A stretch of DNA of 54,519 nucleotides, taken from the NCBI GenBank assembly GCA_038207745.1, contig JBBQZL010000001.1, positions 1 through 54,519 of the forward strand, read 5' to 3'. The notes below the pieces were generated by a model. It made no database searches, was not told the DNA's origin, and worked only from the letters and a program-made list of their open reading frames with translations. Numbering within the stretch: position 1 is the first letter of the stretch; every line of letters begins with the position of its first letter. Below, piece after piece: positions 46,784 through 54,519 of the stretch. A program made the translations under genes and the position numbers. Source of the stretch: Solirubrobacterales bacterium. Its GTDB lineage: Bacteria > Actinomycetota > Thermoleophilia > Solirubrobacterales > 70-9.

Positions 46784-47563
46784 CTATCGCTCGATGTCGA
46801 ACTGGAGCGTCTCGGTACCGATCGTGATTCTGTCGCCGGGGCGCAGGCGCGCGGAGGCCGCGCGGCGTCCGTTGATCTTGATTCCGTTGGTCGAACCGAG
46901 GTCGACCACCTCCCAGTCGCCGTTCCCTGTCCGTCGCAGCTCCGCATGCCTCCTGGAGACGTTCGGGTCCCTCAGGACGCATTCGCAGTCCTTTGAACGA
47001 CCGATTGTCGCGACCGGCCCGTCGAGGACGTAGCGGCGACCCTCGATCGCGACGATCGCACGGGTGCTGACCACCGGCGGCGCTGCCGTGCCGGCGCCCG
47101 CCATGGCAGCGCCGGGACCCGGGTCACTGACAGTCGAATAGATCATCGTCTGGCCCTCCTCTCCCTGGCGCGGCCTCTCGCCTTCATGGGCCGGCGGCTT
47201 GACCAGACGGGTCTGGATTCCGAACTCGCCGAGACGAAGGCGTTCGTCGGTGGCGAACTTGACCGCCGGCCGGGTCAGCAGGTCGTAGTTGCGGCGACGG
47301 GCATGCTCGAGCAGATATCCCGATAGTTCCTGCTCCAGGGACCGCTCGTAACCCTCGAGCTTCGTGCGGTCCTGTTCGGAGAGATGCACCGTGTACTCGT
47401 TGGGAACATAGACCCGGCTGACCGAGGCGGTCTTGTGGGAATCCATCTCCTTGGAGAGCTTTCGCGCAAGTTCGACCGGCTGGACCTCAGAGCTGAAGGC
47501 GCGGCTGAATACTCCTTCAACCAGGCCTTCGATCCGGGCTTCGAGGTTTCGGAGAACGCTCAT
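46784..47563 (-). CDS. fhaA: FhaA-type protein (DUF3662 N-domain + FHA)
   Basis: MSVLRNLEARIEGLVEGVFSRAF...; C-terminal IGRSKDCECVLRDPNVSRRHAEL...STNGIKING. Confidence 0.85.
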   Translation of the reverse strand: MSVLRNLEARIEGLVEGVFSRAFSSEVQPVELARKLSKEMDSHKTASVSRVYVPNEYTVHLSEQDRTKLEGYERSLEQELSGYLLEHARRRNYDLLTRPAVKFATDERLRLGEFGIQTRLVKPPAHEGERPRQGEEGQTMIYSTVSDPGPGAAMAGAGTAAPPVVSTRAIVAIEGRRYVLDGPVATIGRSKDCECVLRDPNVSRRHAELRRTGNGDWEVVDLGSTNGIKINGRRAASARLRPGDRITIGTETLQFDIER

Positions 47564-47647
47564 AGGTCAGTTTTCGGCGCTTCGCTCATGGAAGTGTCCT
47601 TGCGTTCCGGGAGGGAAGTTCCCGGTTCAATCCTACGGAAGAGCCGT

Positions 47648-49207
47648 TCAACGCCCGCCGCCGACGCCCGTTGCGGGTTGGTTGGCGAGCGAACCGCGAT
47701 CCGCTGTACCGGTGTCCTCACGGTTGCCGGGCAATCTGCTGCGCAGTGGCACGAGCAACAATCCGACCAGCGAGGCGATGCCGGCCCAGATCGCCGCACC
47801 GAGCAGAAATCTCGGATCGGTCAGCAGCGGAATGACCAGGTCACCCAGAGCGTCGAGCGGTGATCGCTGCCATCCGGAGGCGATCGCGGCTGGGCCACCG
47901 GGCATCCAGGAATTGCCGGACACAACCTCCCCCACGACGACCCAGGAGTAGCCGGTCAGGGCGATCAGAACCCGATCCCGCCAGGTCCCGGCCAGGGCGG
48001 CGATGAATGGAAACAGGGGCGCCGCTCCGATCGGGCCGAGGATTGGTGCGAGCAGGAGAGAGGCAAGTGCACCGCCTCGTCCCTGGAGGAGAAGGGCGCA
48101 CGGCAGGGTCAGCAGGACCACCACCAGTGCGGCGCCTCCCATCTCGCCGCCGAGCGCGAGCCAGAGGGTGACCCCGATCGCGCCGGTCAGAAATCCGAGT
48201 CTCGGCAGGATCACCCCGAGCAAACCGGCCGCAAGGGCGAAGGCGAGCCCCCAGATCGGCCCGCCCCCATTGATCGTCAGCATCGGCACCGCGGTCATCA
48301 CCGCGAGAGTGCAGCCGACAAGGAGGTCGGAGGTCGCAGCGCCACCCTCGGGTCGCAACCCGGTCAAACCGAGGCCGTGGCGGTCGAAGCCGTCATCTCT
48401 CTCGGCGATCAGGGGGATTGACCGCTCGATCACCGTCCCGAGCTCTTCCAGTGTGGGCCGATCCGCGGGTTGGCGGACCAGGCACGCGTCAATCGTCTCG
48501 GTCAACTCCGCCGGCAGGGATCGCCTCACCCGCCCCAGATCCGGGACACTGCGCCCGATTGCACGAACCGTTGCAGCCGGGCTGTCGCGGACATTCGGGT
48601 TGGACCCGGTCCAGCATTCGTAGAGAGTCAGGGCGAGCGAGTAGACGTCGGCTTCCGGGCCGGCCGCCCGGCCCTCGGACTGCTCCGGCGACATGTAGGC
48701 CAGCGTTCCGAGCACGTCTCCCGGTGAGGTGAGGGTGACCCCATCGGTGAGGCGCGCGATGCCGAAGTCCATCAGCTTTGTCACCGAATCACCGTCGGAG
48801 ATCAGAACATTCTGCGGCTTGATGTCACGGTGGATGACACCACGTGAGTGGGCGTAGTCGAGTGCCTCGCAGAGGTCGGCCCCGATCTCGGCGACCTCGA
48901 GATCGCTCATCTCGCCGCCCAGAACCTCGGCCTTGAGCGTGGGGCCGTCGATCAGCTCGGAGACCAGGTAGGCGGTGCCGTTCTCCTCTCCGAACTCATA
49001 GAGCGTGACGATGCCCGGATGATTGAGGCGGGCTGCGGCCTGTGCCTCGCGGGTGACCCGGTCGCCCGGGCTGTCGCCGGTCTCGATCGCCTTCAGCGCC
49101 ACCTCGCGTTCGAGACGCTCGTCCCATGCGCAGTAGACCGTGCCGAACCCGCCGGCACCAATTCGCCGGTCGACGCGGAATCTGTCCAGGATCAGTGAGC
49201 CCACCAC
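47648..49207 (-). CDS. Ser/Thr protein kinase fused to a polytopic C-terminal membrane domain
   Basis: IGAGGFGTVY, ALK, HRDIKPQNVL, DFG, SPE. The last ~230 aa form about 6-8 hydrophobic helices. Confidence 0.85.
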   Translation of the reverse strand: MVGSLILDRFRVDRRIGAGGFGTVYCAWDERLEREVALKAIETGDSPGDRVTREAQAAARLNHPGIVTLYEFGEENGTAYLVSELIDGPTLKAEVLGGEMSDLEVAEIGADLCEALDYAHSRGVIHRDIKPQNVLISDGDSVTKLMDFGIARLTDGVTLTSPGDVLGTLAYMSPEQSEGRAAGPEADVYSLALTLYECWTGSNPNVRDSPAATVRAIGRSVPDLGRVRRSLPAELTETIDACLVRQPADRPTLEELGTVIERSIPLIAERDDGFDRHGLGLTGLRPEGGAATSDLLVGCTLAVMTAVPMLTINGGGPIWGLAFALAAGLLGVILPRLGFLTGAIGVTLWLALGGEMGGAALVVVLLTLPCALLLQGRGGALASLLLAPILGPIGAAPLFPFIAALAGTWRDRVLIALTGYSWVVVGEVVSGNSWMPGGPAAIASGWQRSPLDALGDLVIPLLTDPRFLLGAAIWAGIASLVGLLLVPLRSRLPGNREDTGTADRGSLANQPATGVGGGR

Positions 49208-49322
49208 AACTCCTCCGGGTTCGGCAGTTCGGGCCGCAACCCTGCTGCCGTAGACCCCTGATCAAGGCCGGCGGGAGCCTCTTGCACGCAATGTCCCCTG
49301 CAGGACTTGACCGCGACAGGGT

Positions 49323-50462
49323 GTGAGTGTTCATACTTCCCCTCGGCACAAATACGCATGGAGACTCACTTTGGACTACCTCGACGAGGAGCTTGCAGCA
49401 TCAGGCGATCAACCCGAACGGCCCGCGCGCCAGCGCCGGGCTCGTGGTGGCGGGCGCCCGCCCCGCTCCGGCGGCGAGGATCACCAGCAGATAATCCTTC
49501 GCCGGGGCCTGGCCCTCGGAGCCGGTCTCGTGGTTCTTGTGCTGCTTGTGCTCGGCGTCCGCGGATGCCTGGACGCACGCAAGGTTCGTTCGCTCAAGGA
49601 CTACAACCGGGATGCGTCGTCGATCATCGCCGAGACACAGCAGACCAGCGACACCTTCTTCTCGCTGCTCACCGATCACAGCTCTCTGACCGACACCGAG
49701 TTCACCAATGAGGTGAAGTCCGCCCGCAGCGCGGTCGATGGATACCTGACCCGGATCCAGAACCTCAGCACTCCCGGCGACATGAACAAGGCGGAGAACG
49801 GGCTCGAACTGGTCTACCAACTCCGGGCAAGCGCGATGACCGTGATCGCCGACCAGCTCCCGACTGCCCTTGGCAACGCCGGAGCAGAGAAGGCCACCAA
49901 GGAGATCACCAACCAGATGCAGGTGCTGTTCTCCAGTGACATCGTCTACTCGACCGTGGTCAAGCCCGAGATAGAACGCGTTCTGACCGACGCCGGCATC
50001 ACCGACGTGGCGGTGCCTGACAGCACGTTCGTTCCCGACGGAACCAAGTGGCTGTCCGAGAGCACCGTCTCGAGCGCGCTCGGCGGAACCGGTGCGTCGA
50101 ATACGGCCTCGACCCCGGGCACCCACGGAACCGGGCTGACCGGTGTGGCGATCAACGGCACCGACCTTTCCGCGGATGCACCGACCACGGTCCCCGCCTC
50201 CACATCGGCGGAAGTCGTGGTATCGGTCACCAACCAGGGTGCGAACGACGAGTCGGCGATCACGGTAAGCGTCACCGTCGATGGCGGGACAGCCGAAGAG
50301 GGAACGATCGATACGCTTGCCGCGGGTGAAACCGGAACCGCGACGATCTCCCTTGCTTCAGTCCCGAAGGGCAACGCGACGATTGACGTTTCGGTGGCCG
50401 CGGTGCCTGGCGAGCAGATCACCGAGAACAACAAAGGCAGCTACGACGTCACCTTCCAGTAG
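49323..50462 (+). CDS. membrane-anchored protein with C-terminal CARDB-like domain
   Basis: TM helix LALGAGLVVLVLLVLGV. C-terminus VVVSVTNQGANDES...LAAGETGTATISL...VPGEQITENN. The start is uncertain (GTG 49323). Confidence 0.6.
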   Translation: MSVHTSPRHKYAWRLTLDYLDEELAASGDQPERPARQRRARGGGRPPRSGGEDHQQIILRRGLALGAGLVVLVLLVLGVRGCLDARKVRSLKDYNRDASSIIAETQQTSDTFFSLLTDHSSLTDTEFTNEVKSARSAVDGYLTRIQNLSTPGDMNKAENGLELVYQLRASAMTVIADQLPTALGNAGAEKATKEITNQMQVLFSSDIVYSTVVKPEIERVLTDAGITDVAVPDSTFVPDGTKWLSESTVSSALGGTGASNTASTPGTHGTGLTGVAINGTDLSADAPTTVPASTSAEVVVSVTNQGANDESAITVSVTVDGGTAEEGTIDTLAAGETGTATISLASVPKGNATIDVSVAAVPGEQITENNKGSYDVTFQ

Positions 50463-50480
50463 CTCCGGGGAGCGGGCGAA

Positions 50481-51335
50481 GTGAAGATCGCCTACCTGGG
50501 TCCCGAGGGGACCTTCACCGAGGACGCGCTCAAGGAGGCCACGCAGGGCTTCGGCGAATTCGAGCATCTTCGGAAGGATTCGATCCACGACGCGATCATG
50601 GCGGTCGAGCGAGGCGAGGCCGACCGTGCGCTGGTCCCGATCGAGAACTCGACCGAGGGCACCGTGCGTGCAACGCTCGACACTCTGGCCCTGGATGCGA
50701 CCGGCGTCACCGTGGTGGGGGAACACGACTTCTCCGTCCGGATCGCATTGCTGGCCCGTGAGGAGATCCCGCTCGACCGGATCGAGCTGGTCACATCGCA
50801 CCCCCAGCCGCTCGCGCAATGCGCCCGGTTTCTTCGAGCCAAGCTCCCGAATGCACAGACCAGGGCTGCGCCCAGCACGGCGGAGGCGGCGCGGATCGTC
50901 GGTGAGAGCCCGCGACCGTGGGCGGCGCTCGGAGCGAGCTCGGCTGCCGGAATCTACGGCTGCGTCGTGCTGCGAGCAGGGGTTGAGGACCAGGACGACA
51001 ACATGACCAGGTTCCTCTGGGTCGTGCCCGAGGGTGAGACTTCCGACGAGCTGGCCGATCCTCCTGGAAGAGGCCGCTGGAAGACCTCCCTTGTCTTCTC
51101 CGAGCTCGGCGAGGACCATCCGGGTGCGCTCGTCGAGGCCCTGCTCGAGTTCTCGAGCCGCGAGGTCAACCTGATCCGGATCGAGTCGCGTCCGCTTGGC
51201 CACGGACTCGGCCGCTACATGTTCTTCATCGACCTCGAGGGCGCCGCCGGGGATCCCCCGGTTGCCGAGGCGATCGTGAGGCTCAGGGACAAGGCCGAGA
51301 GTGTGCGCCTGCTCGGCTCCTATCGCGTCACCTGA
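50481..51335 (+). CDS. pheA: prephenate dehydratase
   Basis: KIAYLGPEGTFTEDA, PIENSTEGTV, and a C-terminal ACT region with ESRP. Confidence 0.85.
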   Translation: MKIAYLGPEGTFTEDALKEATQGFGEFEHLRKDSIHDAIMAVERGEADRALVPIENSTEGTVRATLDTLALDATGVTVVGEHDFSVRIALLAREEIPLDRIELVTSHPQPLAQCARFLRAKLPNAQTRAAPSTAEAARIVGESPRPWAALGASSAAGIYGCVVLRAGVEDQDDNMTRFLWVVPEGETSDELADPPGRGRWKTSLVFSELGEDHPGALVEALLEFSSREVNLIRIESRPLGHGLGRYMFFIDLEGAAGDPPVAEAIVRLRDKAESVRLLGSYRVT

Positions 51336-51478
51336 GGAACCAGCCAGGGGAATCTCTACACTTTTCGGCAATGCGTACGCCGGGTAACTCGGTCGCCGTC
51401 GGCTCGGCCTTCCAGGCCGGGCCGGATGCACGCCGGAATGGCAACCACCGGCTCTACGGGGTTGGATCGCTAGGTCGT

Positions 51479-51997
51479 GTGCTGGTCCTCAACGCAAGCT
51501 ACGAACCCGTCAACGTCTGCACTGTCCGGCGCGGCACCGTGCTGATCCTCAAGGAGCGGGCGGAGATCATTGAGAACGCCGCCGATCCACTGCGCTCGGA
51601 ACGCGCCCAGTTCGAGAGGCCGGCGGTCATCCGGCTGCTCAGATATGTCCATGTACCCCGCGACGCCCACCGACGGAGGATCACCCGCCGCGCCGTCCTG
51701 GCCCGGGACCTCTGGACCTGTCAGTACTGCGGAACCACCAAGCCGACCGGGATGACCGTCGATCACGTGATCCCGAGAAGCCGGGGGGGCGAGTCGGTCT
51801 GGGACAACATCGTCGCCTCGTGCGCCCCCTGCAACCGCCGCAAGGGCGACAAGCTCCCCCGTGAGATCGAGATGCACCCGACCCACGTTCCGGTCCCCCC
51901 GGATCCCACCGTCTTCATCCGCGTCGCAAGCCCCCGTATCCCGGCCTCCTGGGAGCCCTACCTGCCCCAGATAAGACGGATGCGGATGGCCGCCTGA
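51479..51997 (+). CDS. HNH endonuclease family protein
   Basis: VLVLNASYEPV N-terminus; CQYCG...DHVIPRSRGG...N...CAPCNRRKG. GTG 51479 was chosen as the start; the ORF opens at 51371. Confidence 0.8.
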   Translation: MLVLNASYEPVNVCTVRRGTVLILKERAEIIENAADPLRSERAQFERPAVIRLLRYVHVPRDAHRRRITRRAVLARDLWTCQYCGTTKPTGMTVDHVIPRSRGGESVWDNIVASCAPCNRRKGDKLPREIEMHPTHVPVPPDPTVFIRVASPRIPASWEPYLPQIRRMRMAA

Positions 51998-52150
51998 GAG
52001 GTTCCCGCTGTTCCCCCCTGCTCGAAGCACGCCCGGCTCGGGCGAGGTGGCCCTTCGCCGTCGCTTCGGAGGTCGGCCGTCCAATCCCTGGGAGGGAGGA
52101 GGCCGTTCAACGGTTTGGAAGAGCCGTCATCCCGCCCCGGGAAAGAGAAA

Positions 52151-52178
52151 GGGCCACCCCGCCTGAACGGGGTGGCCC
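52151..52178 (-). terminator. 11-bp GC hairpin, followed on the minus strand by UUUCUCUUUC
   Basis: gggccaccccg-cctgaa-cggggtggccc. Confidence 0.6.
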
Positions 52179-52397
52179 TACGGGTACATCTGCGAATGGG
52201 AGATTCACGGTCAGATGGGACGTAGGTCCGACCCCTCCCTTTCACCGGTGCCCGGGTGAGATTCCACCGGGCGGTCCGCAACCGCCTAGCGGCCCTGCAC
52301 CTCCAGCGTCCCAAAAAGCATGTCACTCAATGTCGGACCACCTCCTTTCTCTGGTCTCGCAATTGAAGCAGATCAGGAGGTCGGACGAAGGCACTCT
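52179..52397 (-). ncRNA. candidate structured RNA or long gyrA 3'UTR (unclassified)
   Basis: About 220 nt with no convincing ORF between the gyrA stop and the terminator. Contains mutually exclusive complementary segments and an SD-like AAAGGAGGTG. Confidence 0.25.
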
Positions 52398-54519
52398 CTA
52401 CTCGGTGGGCTCGGCCTCCGGGTCTTGATCGGCTTCAGTGGCGCCGGCTCCCGTGGCCTCGCCGTCCTCAGCGTCCTCGGGCTCCGCCTGGCCAGCCGGT
52501 TCGACGGACCCGGATTCCCCGACCTCGTCATCCATCGAAGCCCCGATCGACTCGGCGAGCTCGCCCTGGGGGCCGTTAAGCTCGATGCCCTCGGCGTTGT
52601 CGGATTCACCATCGGACTCGACCACCAGCGCGACGGCGCTGATCTGATCATCATCGCGGAGGTTCATCACCTTGACGCCCTGCGTCGGCCGGCCCATCCG
52701 GGAGATGCCGCTGACCGAAGTTCGCTGGACCATGCCGTTCTGCGAGATGAAGAGCAGCTCCTCGTGCTCGCGCACGATGATCGCGCCGACCAGGCCACCC
52801 TTCTTCTCGGTCAGCCTCGCGGTACGTACACCCTTGGTCCCGCGGCCCTTTACCGGGTACTCGGAGACCGGGGTCCGCTTGCCGTAGCCATTGTTGGTGA
52901 CCACGAACAGCTCGGTGTCGTCGTGGGCGACGTCCATCGCGAGGACGCGGTTGTCGCCGTCGGCGACATTCATGCCCTTGACGCCACTCGTATCGTGGCC
53001 CATCACGCGAACGTGCTTCTCCGAGAAGCGGGAGGCATTGCCCGACTTGGAGATCAGCAGGAGGTCGTCGTCACCGGTGGTCATCCGTACTCCGACAAGC
53101 TCGTCGCCCTCACGGATCTTGATCGCGATGATCGGCTTTGACTTGAGCGGCGTGTTGTAGGACATGAACTCGGTCCTCTTGACCAGGCCCTTTGCGGTCG
53201 CGAAGGCCAGATACTCGGCCTCCTTGAACTCCCGGGTCGGAATCACGGTCATCACCTTCTCGCCCTCCTTCAGCTCCAGGAGATTGGTCAGGAAGCTTCC
53301 CCGTGCGGTCCGCGAACCCTCGGGCAGCTCGTAGACCTTCTTCCGGTGGACCACGCCCTTGTTGGTGAAGAAGAGCAGGTAGTCATGGGTCGAGCAGATG
53401 TGGAGGTGCTCGATGTAGTCGCCCTCCTTCAGGTTCATCCCCATCACCCCGACGCCGCCGCGATGCTGTTGGCGATAGGTCGCCAGTGGCAGTCGCTTGA
53501 TGTAACCGTCGGAGGTGATCGAGATCACCATCTGCTGTTCGGCGATCATGTCCTCGATGTCGACATTGCTTTCGAAGGGCAGCAATTCGGTGCGGCGGTC
53601 GTCGCCGTACTTGTCGCGGATCTCAACCAGCTCCTCGTTGACGATCCCGAAGATCCGGAGCTCGTCGCCGAGGATCGCGCGTAGCTCCGCTATCCGCTCG
53701 ACCAGTTCATCGTGTTCAGCCTTGACCTTGTCGGACTCGAGCGCGGTGAGGCGCTGTAGTCGCATGTCGAGGATCGCCTGCGCCTGCTCGCGGCTCAGCT
53801 CGAAGGTCTCGATCAACCCGTCGCGTGCGGTCTCGGGATCCTGAGAGGCGCGGATCAACTTGATCACGGCGTCGAGGTTGTTGAGTGCGATCAGCAGGCC
53901 GACAAGGATGTGGGCCCGGGCCTCGGCGCGACGCAGTTCGTATTGGGTACGGCGGGTTACGACCTCGCGCTGATGCTCGACGTAGTGGTGGATCATGGCG
54001 TGAAGACCGAGCGTCTTCGGGACCCCGTCGACCAGCGCGACCACGTTGACGCCGAAGGTACTCTGCAGCGCCGTCCGCTTGTAGAGGTTGTTGAGCACGA
54101 TGTTCGGCACCGCACCGCGCTTGAGTTCGATCACCAGACGCATCCCGTTGCGGTCCGATTCATCACGCAGATCGGAGATGCCGTCGAGCTTCTTGTCGCG
54201 GACCAGGTCGGCGATCTTGGTGATCAGACCACCATCGCCACCCTTCTTCACCTGATACGGAAGCTCGGTGACGATCAGCGCATCCTTGCCGCCCTTGAGC
54301 GGCTCGGAGTGGACGCGGGCTCGGACCTTGATGCTGGCGCGTCCGGTCTCGTAGGCCTGTCGGATCCCTGTCGGATCCATCAGACCGCCGCCGGGGAAGT
54401 CCGGGCCCTTCATGTGCACCATCAGGCCGGCAAGATCGATGTTCGGGTTCGCGATATACGCCGTGACCGCGTCGATGGTCTCAGTCAGGTTGTGCGGAGG
54501 GATGTTGGTGGCCATCCCG
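52398..54519 (-). CDS. gyrA: DNA gyrase subunit A (N-terminus outside window)
   Basis: The frame is open to the window edge. Conserved [10 protein letters not shown] onward, tower and coiled-coil regions, C-terminal beta-pinwheel repeats, and a long acidic tail. Confidence 0.95.
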   Translation of the reverse strand, partial: GMATNIPPHNLTETIDAVTAYIANPNIDLAGLMVHMKGPDFPGGGLMDPTGIRQAYETGRASIKVRARVHSEPLKGGKDALIVTELPYQVKKGGDGGLITKIADLVRDKKLDGISDLRDESDRNGMRLVIELKRGAVPNIVLNNLYKRTALQSTFGVNVVALVDGVPKTLGLHAMIHHYVEHQREVVTRRTQYELRRAEARAHILVGLLIALNNLDAVIKLIRASQDPETARDGLIETFELSREQAQAILDMRLQRLTALESDKVKAEHDELVERIAELRAILGDELRIFGIVNEELVEIRDKYGDDRRTELLPFESNVDIEDMIAEQQMVISITSDGYIKRLPLATYRQQHRGGVGVMGMNLKEGDYIEHLHICSTHDYLLFFTNKGVVHRKKVYELPEGSRTARGSFLTNLLELKEGEKVMTVIPTREFKEAEYLAFATAKGLVKRTEFMSYNTPLKSKPIIAIKIREGDELVGVRMTTGDDDLLLISKSGNASRFSEKHVRVMGHDTSGVKGMNVADGDNRVLAMDVAHDDTELFVVTNNGYGKRTPVSEYPVKGRGTKGVRTARLTEKKGGLVGAIIVREHEELLFISQNGMVQRTSVSGISRMGRPTQGVKVMNLRDDDQISAVALVVESDGESDNAEGIELNGPQGELAESIGASMDDEVGESGSVEPAGQAEPEDAEDGEATGAGATEADQDPEAEPTE

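Noticed and set aside
47564-47647. Possible tRNA-Leu (or remnant) at the mycobacterial leuT position, suggested by ggttcaatcc
   Set aside because: No T-stem, anticodon arm or acceptor pairing can be drawn around the T-loop-like decamer. The obvious structure is a simple CCGGGA/TCCCGG hairpin, so it is kept only as a repeat observation.
51958-52326. 122-aa minus-strand ORF spanning the gyrA-HNH spacer
   Set aside because: The product is Arg-rich with mixed third-position usage. It runs straight through the terminator hairpin and into the antisense of the HNH gene, so the region is treated as non-coding.
52179-52397. Assignment of the gyrA-downstream RNA to a known riboswitch class (c-di-AMP/ydaO-like GGUGAAUC-type motifs, cobalamin-like GGUGAAAGGGA)
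   Set aside because: These are only short resemblances. No downstream gene on that strand could be regulated, and the conserved cores of those families cannot be located.

Overview
GC-rich (by eye about two-thirds G+C), densely coding chromosomal segment that looks like Actinomycetota. The right third carries the actinobacterial cell-wall and cell-division signalling cluster fhaA-fhaB-pstP-rodA-pbpA-pknB (minus strand). Here ddl is appended, pknA is absent, and two extra Ser/Thr kinase genes flank the cluster. Beyond it lie pheA, an HNH gene and the 3' two-thirds of gyrA, which runs off the window end. The middle holds envelope genes (dedA-uppP-purM, a DJ-1 protein, a DsbA-like protein) and a polysaccharide locus in two halves. 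The first half (10.7-16.1 kb) has a FemAB/GNAT-like protein, a GNAT, a priming sugar transferase and three glycosyltransferases. The second half (27.1-33.4 kb) has a Wzx-like flippase, a Wzy/O-antigen-ligase-like protein, a FlgD-Ig protein, a LytR_C protein and a CapD-like dehydratase. The left 10 kb is housekeeping or miscellaneous: an ABC ATPase, a disrupted membrane GGDEF/HD-GYP gene, an SDR, gluQ, a ycaQ-like gene, MBL-TetR, metF, a hydrolase and a DUF3105 protein. I found no rRNA, intact tRNA, CRISPR array, transposase or integrase. The best lead is the block between the two polysaccharide halves (16.1-27.05 kb). It is punctuated by three copies of a tRNA-3'-half-like sequence plus ATCGCGC-containing repeats. 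The geometry resembles attL/attR junctions of integrase-less integrated elements. One such element would be 3.9 kb and carry a ribbon-helix-helix gene, an orphan small gene, a membrane cytochrome c and a leaderless ABC-2 exporter operon. Other leads are a structured ~250-nt non-coding stretch downstream of gyrA, a GGDEF/HD-GYP gene broken by an in-frame TGA and a frameshift, a translationally coupled DedA-UppP pair, and a kinase fused to a polytopic membrane domain. All functional calls rest on motifs recognised by eye in the supplied translations. No database search was run.
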